Positions 18,341-26,575 of a DNA stretch of 31,548 bases are shown here, in pieces. How positions within the stretch are numbered: position 1 is the first letter of the stretch; every line of letters begins with the position of its first letter. The translations under genes were made by a program, and so were the position numbers. The notes beneath the pieces are model-generated. The model saw only the letters and a list, made by a program, of their open reading frames with translations, made no database searches and was not told the DNA's origin. The stretch covers positions 8,423 to 39,970 of the forward strand of contig CAYOEB010000002.1 in assembly GCA_964403005.1 (NCBI GenBank), given 5' to 3'. The DNA comes from an uncultured Candidatus Saccharibacteria bacterium (GTDB lineage Bacteria > Patescibacteriota > Minisyncoccia > Phycocordibacterales > UBA9973).

Positions 18341-19354
18341 TTATCGCTTACTAATAATACTCTTCTTATACGTTTCAAGGTGTTCGAGCGCGATGCCTGT
18401 TCCTTTTGCAACACAGAGAAGCGCTTCGTCGGCGAGTTGCGCTTTGACACCGGTTTTACGATAGACAAGATCAGGAAAGCCACGTAGTTGCGATGTCCCG
18501 CCAGTCATTGTGATTCCTGTTTCAATGATGTCTGAAGCGAGCTCTGGTGGTGTCTCTTGGAGCACATCCTTGATTGCTTTAATCATGAGACGAAGCTCTG
18601 GTTCAATCGCGCGCACGATTTCATTTGTAGAAATGTTTGCAGTGCGCGGCAAACCCTGTACGTAGTCGCGACCTTTTATTGTCACTGTAAGTTCTTCATC
18701 AAGCGGAACTGCCGCACCAATTTTTACTTTGACCATTTCGGCAGTCTTGTCACCAATAGCGAGGTTAAATGTTTTTCTAATGTAGTCAGCAATTGCAGCG
18801 TCAATTTTGTTGCCAGCGCACTTTACTGATGTTGCCGCAACAATACCGCCAAGAGAAATAACAGCAACATCTGTTGTGCCACCGCCAATGTCGACAATCA
18901 TGTGACCACGAGATTCATAGATCGGAATACCGGCGCCTATTGCGGCAAGAATTGGTTCTTTAACAATGTACGCATTTTTTGCGCCAGCGCGAATGGTCGC
19001 TTCAATCACAGCACGACGCTCAGTCGATGTAATACCTGCCGGCACGGAAACCATGACATCAGGTTTAAAAATTGAAAATGGCCCAAGCGCTTTTCTAATG
19101 AAGTAGCGCAGCATTGCTTCGGTTACGCGATAGTCTGCAATCACGCCATCTTTGAGTGGTCGGTACGCGACAATTGATTCCGGTGTGCGACCAATCATTT
19201 CTTTGGCATCTTTACCGATAGCAAGAATTTTATTGTCTTGCTCAGTAATAGCAACAACTGACGGCTCGGAGAGCACAATGCCTTTACCAGGAACAAAGAC
19301 AAGTGTGTTTGCCGTTCCCAAATCTATACCGATTTTCCGAGAAAAAATGCTCAT
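18341..19354 (-). CDS. mreB: Rod shape-determining protein MreB
   Basis: IGIDLGTANTLV, EPSVVA, RPLKDGVIAD, VPAGITSTERRAV, EPILAAIGAG, DIGGGTTDVAVISLGG, TPPELASDI, TGG. Confidence 0.95.
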   Translation of the reverse strand: MSIFSRKIGIDLGTANTLVFVPGKGIVLSEPSVVAITEQDNKILAIGKDAKEMIGRTPESIVAYRPLKDGVIADYRVTEAMLRYFIRKALGPFSIFKPDVMVSVPAGITSTERRAVIEATIRAGAKNAYIVKEPILAAIGAGIPIYESRGHMIVDIGGGTTDVAVISLGGIVAATSVKCAGNKIDAAIADYIRKTFNLAIGDKTAEMVKVKIGAAVPLDEELTVTIKGRDYVQGLPRTANISTNEIVRAIEPELRLMIKAIKDVLQETPPELASDIIETGITMTGGTSQLRGFPDLVYRKTGVKAQLADEALLCVAKGTGIALEHLETYKKSIISKR

Positions 19355-19386
19355 ATGTGGCGGAAGTATACCACAATTTGTTGTTA

Positions 19387-19416
19387 TTGACTATTCTTTT
19401 TAAATGTTGTACTATC
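19387..19416 (+). promoter_or_regulatory. sigma70-type promoter for 19468..19899
   Basis: TTGACT (19387-19392) - 18 nt - TACTAT (19411-19416); a GGAGG lies 8 nt before ATG 19468. Confidence 0.5.
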
Positions 19417-19467
19417 GAAAAAGTATAACCTTGAAAAACAAGTCCCCCTTTCGTGGAGGCAATACGC

Positions 19468-19899
19468 ATGAAAAGACTGTCGATTATTGTATTTCTATCA
19501 ATTGCTATTGCAGTTGGCCTAAGTGCCTGCAATAAGCATAATGACGAGAAAGTAGTTGAAGGCAAAGTAACCGGATTTGCACTATCAGTAAACACTGAAA
19601 GTGGCCAGATTAGCGCAACAGCTATTATTGAAAAAAGTGATGGCACCAGCCGTTCGTATAAAATAGCGAATGACAACATCGAGAAAATGCTTCCGACCCT
19701 CGCATTCTCAAATTATTCGCTCATTGAACCAAACATGTATGTTCGACTGATTTACAAGAGAGGTTCAAACCAGGAAGCAGAATATTCATTACAGGAACGC
19801 GCAGTCATGAGCTATGATCACGGTACGCCACCGGTCTTTCTGTTTACGAGCGACAGTAAAATTGTCGGATTTTATCGGGATAATCGGAGTAAAAACTAA
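19468..19899 (+). CDS. Hypothetical lipoprotein-like protein
   Basis: MKRLSIIVFLSIAIAVGLSA-C lipobox and a beta-rich mature part. Start 19468 is supported by the upstream GGAGG. Confidence 0.72.
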   Translation: MKRLSIIVFLSIAIAVGLSACNKHNDEKVVEGKVTGFALSVNTESGQISATAIIEKSDGTSRSYKIANDNIEKMLPTLAFSNYSLIEPNMYVRLIYKRGSNQEAEYSLQERAVMSYDHGTPPVFLFTSDSKIVGFYRDNRSKN

Positions 19900-19918
19900 T
19901 TAAAGAAATAGAAAAATG

Positions 19919-19946
19919 AAAAGCCACGGAATTCGTGGCTTTTTTT
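19919..19946. terminator. Bidirectional intrinsic terminator between convergent accessory genes
   Basis: AAAAGCCACG (19919-19928) / CGTGGCTTTT (19934-19943). Confidence 0.8.
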
Positions 19947-19956
19947 GATGCAATTT

Positions 19957-20436
19957 TTATTTTTTGAAGTTTAAACCTGCTCGCTCCAATTCAGCTGGAC
20001 TCGGCAACAATCCACTACTCCTCCCAACATTTGGCATTACCCACTGATAGCTTGTGTCAATGATCTGAATTGTTGGGACACCGTTAGTGCCAACCACACA
20101 CTGTAATGTTAAGTATTGGTTACTAGTCTGCTTCCGAAATACTTTCGAGACTTCATCGAGAGTGTGTGCACCAGGAAGATTTGAATACTCATCAATATAC
20201 TTAGCGGGCAAAAGAAGAAATCGCAAGCCGAGGCGCATCGTTATGTCACGAATTTTTTGAGGAGGTCTACCCTGACTGAGATCATAAATGTACCAACATT
20301 CATTTTTTGGTCGGAAGTTCGCGACAGCTGTTTCTTCAGCCTCGTCCCAAGCTGCATAGAGACATTGTATGTTGTTCATAGTTTGAGCTTTTTTGACATA
20401 GTACATTTCCATTTGCAAAAAGCAATGATTGAGCAA
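19957..20436 (-). CDS. Hypothetical protein (start uncertain: 20436, 20406 or 20379)
   Basis: Longest ORF in the gap, ending at the shared terminator; no recognised motif. Confidence 0.6.
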   Translation of the reverse strand: MLNHCFLQMEMYYVKKAQTMNNIQCLYAAWDEAEETAVANFRPKNECWYIYDLSQGRPPQKIRDITMRLGLRFLLLPAKYIDEYSNLPGAHTLDEVSKVFRKQTSNQYLTLQCVVGTNGVPTIQIIDTSYQWVMPNVGRSSGLLPSPAELERAGLNFKK

Positions 20437-20467
20437 AATATCTCTAGCAAAATGGTAATCTTGGTAT

Positions 20468-22375
20468 ATGAGCGACCAAATGAAAACCGTTCACATCTAC
20501 CCCATCGGGGCAGGCCCGGACAAAGGGTCACTTTCATATTTCACCATGAAGGATGTAGCTATTGGTGATACTGTCCAAATTGCTATTCGTGGCAAAAAGG
20601 TACTTGGTATCGTCGATGGTATTGATACTATCGCTGAGGACAAAAGCTCGATTAAATCTCTCGATTTCAAAATGAAGAAAATTGAGCAAGTCCTTGGTCA
20701 AACACTCCATGGTGGACCACTCTACACTTCAGCCAAGCTACTCGCCCGCTACTACATTTCTCATCCTGGACTCGTACTCTCGGCAATTCGTCCAGCAATT
20801 TTTGACGATCCCGCACTCAAAGACATCAAACCGCCAACACCAATGGTTGTACCCGTGCACATTCGACCAATTCTTATTCAGACATCAAAAAACGATCGCA
20901 TTGTCTATTTCAAAAAACTTATTCGTGAGTACTTTGCCAAAAAAGAGTCTGTTGCAATCATTTTACCAACTGTCCAAGAGGCCAAGCTTTGGCGTGACAC
21001 ACTTTCAAAAGGTATTACCGAACATACTATTTTTTTTACTGGCGAAGAAAATAAAAAGGCGCAAAGAAACATGATTCGAAAAGCCGCTACCACACATCAT
21101 CCGCTCCTCCTTGTCGGCACTTTTTTTGCCGCCGTGCTTCCGGTGCCAAAACTCGGAGCTATTATTGTCGAACATGAATCATCAAGTCTCTATGAAACTC
21201 GCCGTCGCCCGATTATTGATAGACGCCTCGCGGCTGAAGCCTATGCATATACTATTGGTGCGACGCTCTACTTTTCTGATGCGATGCTCGAAATCAAAAT
21301 GAGCGGACGAGTTCGGCTAGAAACTGCGAACACGGTTGAAAAGCTCAGTTTCAGAATGCCGCACAAATCTCCGGACATTGTCGACCTCACAGAAAAGCGT
21401 TCTGACAAAACTAGCTTCCGAGCACTCTCGGCCGTTGCACTCAGTGCAATAAAAGAAAAAGTAGACAATAGTGAACATGTGCTCATCTTTGCACTTCGTA
21501 AGAACTATGCCTCAACGACGGTGTGTAAGGACTGTGGCGAAGGTGTTGTCTGTCCGACATGCGGCCATGCACTGGCGCTGATGTCAGACAGTGAAAGAGT
21601 CTTTTATTGTGCACACTGCGATGAAAAGAAAAGTCCGAGTATTGTCTGTACTCGTTGTGGCAGCTGGAATCTCGTACCGCTCGGCATTGGTATAGATAGA
21701 GTCAAAGAAGAACTTGTTGAAGCTGGTTTTGGCGACACAATTGCTCGCATTGATGGCAGACAAAAGGACACGGAAATGGACATGGCGGCCCGAGATTTTG
21801 CTGATCGAAAAAAGAAAATCTTACTTGGCACTGAAGCTGCATTTAGCCGCCTACCGGAAACCGGTCCTGCTGGTTTACCAATTGACCTCACTATTGTGGC
21901 TTCGCTTGATAGCCTCTTTGCCATGCCACTTTGGAGCGCACCAGAACGGGCCACACAACTCCTCATGCGCATTGCCGAATTTAGTAAAAGGACAATTGTC
22001 CAAACTCGCTACCCAGAAGAAACCGTACTCGAGGGCGCAAAGCGTGGTACATTTAGCGATTTTGCCGAAAGTGAATACATGCTTCGCCAAAGCCTAGGTT
22101 ACCCGCCATTTCGTAGACTCATCAATTTGTCTTTTTCTGGCACCAACGACGCTGCCGAAAAAGCGACAAAAAAACTTGAGACACTCTTTGCTGATTTTGC
22201 GCCTGAATTTTTTGAAATGCCTGAAGGACGTGATCGAACAACAGTTCGCATGCAAATGAAAATTGACCCTGAACTTTGGCCACTCATTCCAAGAGATGAA
22301 AACGATGTGCCTGACGAAGAGCTCTATCTCAAACTTGCTGGATTACCACGAGCTATAAAGGTTGATATTGAATAG
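20468..22375 (+). CDS. priA: Primosomal protein N' (PriA)-like, helicase motifs degenerate
   Basis: N-terminal LSYF...GDTVQIAIRGKKVLGIV; four CxxC (CKDC, CPTC, CAHC, CTRC) then GIGIDRVKEEL; C-terminal RQSLGYPPF. No Walker A or DExH. Confidence 0.85.
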   Translation: MSDQMKTVHIYPIGAGPDKGSLSYFTMKDVAIGDTVQIAIRGKKVLGIVDGIDTIAEDKSSIKSLDFKMKKIEQVLGQTLHGGPLYTSAKLLARYYISHPGLVLSAIRPAIFDDPALKDIKPPTPMVVPVHIRPILIQTSKNDRIVYFKKLIREYFAKKESVAIILPTVQEAKLWRDTLSKGITEHTIFFTGEENKKAQRNMIRKAATTHHPLLLVGTFFAAVLPVPKLGAIIVEHESSSLYETRRRPIIDRRLAAEAYAYTIGATLYFSDAMLEIKMSGRVRLETANTVEKLSFRMPHKSPDIVDLTEKRSDKTSFRALSAVALSAIKEKVDNSEHVLIFALRKNYASTTVCKDCGEGVVCPTCGHALALMSDSERVFYCAHCDEKKSPSIVCTRCGSWNLVPLGIGIDRVKEELVEAGFGDTIARIDGRQKDTEMDMAARDFADRKKKILLGTEAAFSRLPETGPAGLPIDLTIVASLDSLFAMPLWSAPERATQLLMRIAEFSKRTIVQTRYPEETVLEGAKRGTFSDFAESEYMLRQSLGYPPFRRLINLSFSGTNDAAEKATKKLETLFADFAPEFFEMPEGRDRTTVRMQMKIDPELWPLIPRDENDVPDEELYLKLAGLPRAIKVDIE

Positions 22376-22419
22376 CGAATTTATAGATAACAATTTTTAG
22401 CCACTATTTATCAAGAAAA

Positions 22420-22458
22420 AATAAAGCGCCGGATACACATAGTGTACATTCGGCGCTT
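22420..22458 (-). terminator. Intrinsic terminator of 22480..22878
   Basis: AAGCGCCGGA (22424-22433) / TTCGGCGCTT (22449-22458), with an upstream A-rich run giving a U-tail on the minus strand. Confidence 0.7.
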
Positions 22459-22479
22459 CTTAGAATACTTCAAATTGTT

Positions 22480-22878
22480 CTAGATTCCATATGCTTTTTC
22501 ATAGCAATTTTCCCAGTCAGTACGATACTCTACCAACACTTTTTTTACATACTGATTAATATGATTGAAAAGTTTTTTGGTATCATTCGCCATGCTTTTA
22601 TTTTCACCTTCTACTTTAAAGATGAGACAAGCATCCATCATGGACTGGCGGATGTGGTTAAAAAAATTGTCCCCATCATGCCACGCAACAAACATTTTTT
22701 CATAACTTGGGGAGAACTCTCTTCGAAGGTCCTCGTGAATACTCAGCTCATCTAACACGCTGTAGTGAACTATTTCAAAGCATCTGTATTTTTTTGCGAG
22801 GCTTTGGGCACGGTAGAATGCATCTCTGTTCGGCTTAGATTTTGGTTTTCTAGACTTTTGGGTTGTTTTTTTAGCCAT
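22480..22878 (-). CDS. Hypothetical protein (132 aa, basic N-terminus)
   Basis: ORF with upstream TTGACT (22924-22919) and a downstream terminator; no recognised family. Confidence 0.65.
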   Translation of the reverse strand: MAKKTTQKSRKPKSKPNRDAFYRAQSLAKKYRCFEIVHYSVLDELSIHEDLRREFSPSYEKMFVAWHDGDNFFNHIRQSMMDACLIFKVEGENKSMANDTKKLFNHINQYVKKVLVEYRTDWENCYEKAYGI

Positions 22879-22930
22879 GGTGTAAGGTTTTATATATTAA
22901 AGCACGCAAATTATAATAAGTCAATATAAT

Positions 22931-22955
22931 AAAAACCTCACTTGGGTGAGGTTTC
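22931..22955 (-). terminator. Hairpin overlapping the stop of the DnaA-IV-like gene
   Basis: AAACCTCAC-TTGG-GTGAGGTTT, with an A-run on the left giving a U-tail on the minus strand. Confidence 0.6.
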
Positions 22956-23525
22956 AGGTATTTGTTTGAGGACATCATTGACTTCATTAGCATCAAATAG
23001 GTATCGAGCGACAGCTCTTTGATAGAAAATTTCAAGAATGTGGTTGTGGGTATGTCCGTCAACGTTACGAAGTGTCAACAACTTTGATATCTCAGCAATG
23101 GTCATTGGACCATGAACATTTTGAGTGTATGCGGCAAGTGCACCGCATAAATTCAATACCATCACCTTGAAAGCATTGCAGTACTGCGCCTCCTGTTTGC
23201 AACGGTTGTAATGAACTCGAAGCGAGCTATGGACAGTTGCATGGTTTTGGCCAAATAGATTGCCCATTTTTTCATACGAGCACTCCGAAAACATGGCAAG
23301 AAATACGTAGACAAGACGGCGTGCGCTGACACATTTGAACAATTGGCTCGCCGATTGCATTTCTACCCTCGAAACACCTGTGGCTTTTGTAACATGAGAT
23401 AAGATTAGGTTTTCAAGATCTTTCTCCTTGATATCCAGCTTGTGCGGTGCACAATTGGCTAATGTTTTGAAGTAGGAAACCATCGTTTCCCGATCTTCTT
23501 TTTGAGTGGGAGTTATGGTTTCCAT
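22938..23525 (-). CDS. Protein containing a DnaA C-terminal (domain IV)-like HTH, with no AAA+ domain
   Basis: ILSHVTKATGVSRVEMQS...SARRLVYVFL...SYEKMGNLFGQNHATVHSSLR aligns by eye to VAEYY.I...DL.S...ARQIAMYL...SL.EIG..FGGRDHTTVLHA. Start is probably ATG 23525. Confidence 0.7.
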   Translation of the reverse strand: METITPTQKEDRETMVSYFKTLANCAPHKLDIKEKDLENLILSHVTKATGVSRVEMQSASQLFKCVSARRLVYVFLAMFSECSYEKMGNLFGQNHATVHSSLRVHYNRCKQEAQYCNAFKVMVLNLCGALAAYTQNVHGPMTIAEISKLLTLRNVDGHTHNHILEIFYQRAVARYLFDANEVNDVLKQIPETSPK

Positions 23526-23608
23526 AGATTGTTTTTTAGACTTTTTACTTTTATACCACAAACATATCCCCCTTGCCTACCCCAAAAATCCGTGCTATCT
23601 TATAGTCC

Positions 23609-23836
23609 ATGTCAGCATACCAAGTTGAAGTCAAGCGAAATACCAACGAAAACAACGCAAGCATCTTGCGCCGCTTTTCTCGTAAGGTCCAAGATACGAA
23701 CATTGTCCGCATCGTCAAAAATGGCCGTTATAGCGAACGCAAACCTTCTAAGCTCGCCGTCAAAAACAGCGCCGTTCGCCGCATCAAGCGAAAGACTGAG
23801 TACGACCGCCTCAAAAAGCTCGGCAAAGTCTCATAA
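23609..23836 (+). CDS. rpsU: 30S ribosomal protein S21
   Basis: Small basic protein: VEVKRNTNENNASILRRFSRKV...RYSERKPSK. Confidence 0.8.
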   Translation: MSAYQVEVKRNTNENNASILRRFSRKVQDTNIVRIVKNGRYSERKPSKLAVKNSAVRRIKRKTEYDRLKKLGKVS

Positions 23837-23838
23837 CA

Positions 23839-24222
23839 ATGTCAGGTGATTCGCTCACAATCAAGAATGAAACAAAAGGCAAGCTTCCACGCTTGCCTTT
23901 TCTTGAGCTCAAAGAAGCTATCCTCGGTAAAAGCTACGAACTTTCGATTGTCTACGTCTCTCCAGCAAAAATGAAGAAATTAAACATGCAGCACCGCGGC
24001 ATGGACTATGCGACTGATATTTTGTCATTCCCACTCGGGAAAAAGAGCGGTGAAATGATTCTCTGCTCGTCAGCGATCGCAAAAAAGGCACCCAAATTTG
24101 GCATGACCGAGAAAAAGTATAATGTTTTCATAGTTATTCACGGTTTGCTCCATTTGAAAGGATACGATCATGGTAGTAGAATGGAACGAGCGGAAACAGT
24201 ATACTTGCGCCGTTTTTCTTAA
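23839..24222 (+). CDS. ybeY: rRNA maturation endoribonuclease YbeY
   Basis: MKKLNMQHRGMDYATDILSF, GEMIL, IHGLLHLKGYDH. Confidence 0.92.
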   Translation: MSGDSLTIKNETKGKLPRLPFLELKEAILGKSYELSIVYVSPAKMKKLNMQHRGMDYATDILSFPLGKKSGEMILCSSAIAKKAPKFGMTEKKYNVFIVIHGLLHLKGYDHGSRMERAETVYLRRFS

Positions 24223-24270
24223 GTCGTTTTTTATAACGACGCGCGGTTCGATTCACGCATACCTTTAATT

Positions 24271-25434
24271 ATGATGAGAAACATCACCGTGGGAATTGAT
24301 GTCGGTACATACGCAACTCGTGTTGCGGTGGCTGAACACGTAAAAGGCGAACGAATTCCACGCATCATTGGAACAGGGACAACACCGACTCGTGGCTTAC
24401 GTCACGGCTACATCACAAATATAGAGCAAGCCACCAAGACGATTGAAAAAGCCTTGCGTGAGGCTTCCAAAAACGCTGGTGTAGAAATTAAGCGCGTTTT
24501 TGCGACAGTTGGAGGTATTGGTCTTGAGTCAATCACCACTGTCGGTAGCACCGTCATTTCCAAAGCAGATGGTGAGGTCACACAGCTCGATATTCAAAAG
24601 GCCATGCAGGCCGCTGAGGAAAATCTTGAGATCAAAAATCGTAGGATTCTCCACCGCTTGCCTGTCGGCTTCAAGCTCGATGGCAAAACGCTTCAGGGCC
24701 GCCCAACTGGCGTTAAGGGTATGAAGCTCGAAATCAAAGTACTCTTTATCACCTGTTTTGAACAGCACCTCGAGGATCTTCTCACAGCTATTTCTGATGC
24801 TGGTGTCGAAGTCATTGATGTTGTGGCAAGTCCAATTGCAGCTGGTGAGGTCGCACTCACTGACCGTGACCGCAACATGGGCTGTCTCCTTGTTGATGTC
24901 GGCGCAGAAACTGTGACAATGGCCGTTTTTGAGGAAGGTGCTGTTGTCGCGCTCCGTGTTTTTGCGACAGGTTCGACATACATCACCAACGACATTGCGC
25001 TTGGTATGAAAGTTTCACTCGAAGAAGCTGAAGGGCTCAAAATTGGTGCTGTGCTTGGAACGTATTCAAAAAAGAAACTTGATGAAATCATTGAAGCGCG
25101 TATTAAAGATATCTATTGGATCATTGATTCATATTTGAAAAAAATTAAACGTAGTGGTCTCTTGCCTGCCGGTGTCATTATTCTTGGCGGCGGCTCACAT
25201 CTAAATGTTATAGAGGAGCTTGGCAAAGATGAACTACGCCTACCATGTCGCATTGGCCTACCTGAGGCATTTGGTAATACCAAGAACAAAATTCGTGATA
25301 CCTCATGGTTTCCAGTCCTGGGGCTTTGTCTCATCGGTAAAAATACACCATTTGAAAGTAGTGGTTCAATCGGCGAATTCTTCACTCGTCTCAAAAAATC
25401 AATGAGCAATTTACTCAAGCAGTTGATGCCATAA
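24271..25434 (+). CDS. ftsA: Cell division protein FtsA
   Basis: VGIDVGT, GLRHGYITNIE, P.GVKGMKLE, LLVDVGAETVTMA, G...ITNDIA, IIEARI, LPAGVIILGGGS, C-terminal amphipathic helix (FFTRLKKSMSNLLKQLMP). Confidence 0.94.
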   Translation: MMRNITVGIDVGTYATRVAVAEHVKGERIPRIIGTGTTPTRGLRHGYITNIEQATKTIEKALREASKNAGVEIKRVFATVGGIGLESITTVGSTVISKADGEVTQLDIQKAMQAAEENLEIKNRRILHRLPVGFKLDGKTLQGRPTGVKGMKLEIKVLFITCFEQHLEDLLTAISDAGVEVIDVVASPIAAGEVALTDRDRNMGCLLVDVGAETVTMAVFEEGAVVALRVFATGSTYITNDIALGMKVSLEEAEGLKIGAVLGTYSKKKLDEIIEARIKDIYWIIDSYLKKIKRSGLLPAGVIILGGGSHLNVIEELGKDELRLPCRIGLPEAFGNTKNKIRDTSWFPVLGLCLIGKNTPFESSGSIGEFFTRLKKSMSNLLKQLMP

Positions 25435-26348
25435 TGCGTGTGTTAGAAATTCCAAACTTACAGAAAAATATATTACTTGCGCCTTTTACGACGTATAAAA
25501 TCGGGGGTCCGGCCGATTACTTTATTGTTGCAAAATCAAAAGCAGAATTAGTAAATGCTGTTACAGTTGCAAGAAAAAATAAGATTCCATATTTTATACT
25601 TGGAACAGGTGCGAATATACTTATTGGAGACAAAGGTTATCGCGGATTAGTAATCAAAAATGAGGCAAATAAAGTGGACTTCTTAGAGTCTACCCATGAT
25701 TCGACTATCACTGCTGATAGCGGCATGCAGATATCTGAACTTATTAAAATAACTGCAGAAAAAAACTTATCAGGACTTGAGCATTTTGCTGGTATACCTA
25801 GTACAGTTGGGGGAGCTATTTGGCAAAATTTACACTTTCTTACACCTGACAGGAACAGCACCTTCTTCATTGAATCGATTTTTCAAAGTGCAGAAATAAT
25901 GGATGAAAATAATAAAATTTTTACAGCTGAAAAGGATTTTTTCAAATTTGGATATGATTACAGCCTGCTTCATGATAGAAATTTACTAGTTCTTTCAGCC
26001 ACACTTAAACTTAAGTACAAAGATCATTCACTCATTGAAGAACAGATTAATGAAAATATAAAATGGAGAAATGAGAGACAACCACAACTACAAGAATTTC
26101 CTTCTTGCGGATCTGTATTTAAAAAAATAGAAAGCGTAGGTGCGGGACGATTGATAGATAAAGTTGGATTAAAGGGCTTTAGAGTAGGCGGTGCTCAGAT
26201 ATCAGAAAAACATGCCAACTTTATTGTAAACACAGGAGGAGCAACTGCTTATGATATCATTACCATCATAAAAGCTGTAACGGAAAAAGTGCTGAACGAA
26301 ACAGGATATAAGATGGAGACTGAAATAAGTTTTATTGGGGAATTTTAA
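25434..26348 (+). CDS. murB: UDP-N-acetylenolpyruvoylglucosamine reductase
   Basis: LAPFTTYKIGGPAD, LGTGANILIGD, GLEHFAGIPSTVGGA, FGYDYS, QP...PSCGSVFK, AGRLIDKVGLKG, SEKHANF, ETE. ATG overlaps the ftsA stop (TAATG). Confidence 0.95.
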   Translation: MRVLEIPNLQKNILLAPFTTYKIGGPADYFIVAKSKAELVNAVTVARKNKIPYFILGTGANILIGDKGYRGLVIKNEANKVDFLESTHDSTITADSGMQISELIKITAEKNLSGLEHFAGIPSTVGGAIWQNLHFLTPDRNSTFFIESIFQSAEIMDENNKIFTAEKDFFKFGYDYSLLHDRNLLVLSATLKLKYKDHSLIEEQINENIKWRNERQPQLQEFPSCGSVFKKIESVGAGRLIDKVGLKGFRVGGAQISEKHANFIVNTGGATAYDIITIIKAVTEKVLNETGYKMETEISFIGEF

Positions 26349-26404
26349 TAGCCTATCCTTCATAATTTCATCAAGAATACAAGGCTTCCCTTTTATTTTC
26401 CATC

Positions 26405-26413
26405 TGCTATGAT
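26405..26413 (+). promoter_or_regulatory. Extended -10 promoter not followed by a start codon
   Basis: TGC-TATGAT, the same form as the extended -10 elements before rpsU, frr and mltG. Confidence 0.55.
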
Positions 26414-26419
26414 ACCTCT

Positions 26420-26516
26420 ATACGCTCGCTCCGGGAGCATTTAACAGCCAGAATACATCCTTTATTTGCAAGCCTTTTCAGAAGGTAATGCGACGGTCGC
26501 GTCTGCATTATTTTTT
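26420..26516 (+). ncRNA. Candidate small RNA or structured leader upstream of ftsZ
   Basis: Follows the extended -10; no ATG at the expected start; three hairpins, the last (26486-26510) followed by T6. Not assignable to a known family by eye. Confidence 0.3.
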
Positions 26517-26575
26517 AGCCTACGCTCTTGAAATATACTTAGCAAAATTGGAACATATTTTTAACAAACAGCAAT

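Noticed and set aside
6468-23560. TATACCACA at about 6470, 19367 and 23552, resembling DnaA boxes, one near the DnaA-IV-like gene
   Set aside because: They do not match TTATNCACA. Each is the reverse complement of TGTGG-TATA, the extended -10 of the adjacent minus-strand gene.
24223-24270. GGTTCGATTC (24245-24254) resembling a tRNA T-loop, next to a small GTCGTT/AACGAC hairpin
   Set aside because: Only about 48 nt lie between ybeY and ftsA; there is no proper T-stem, acceptor stem, D-arm or anticodon arm.
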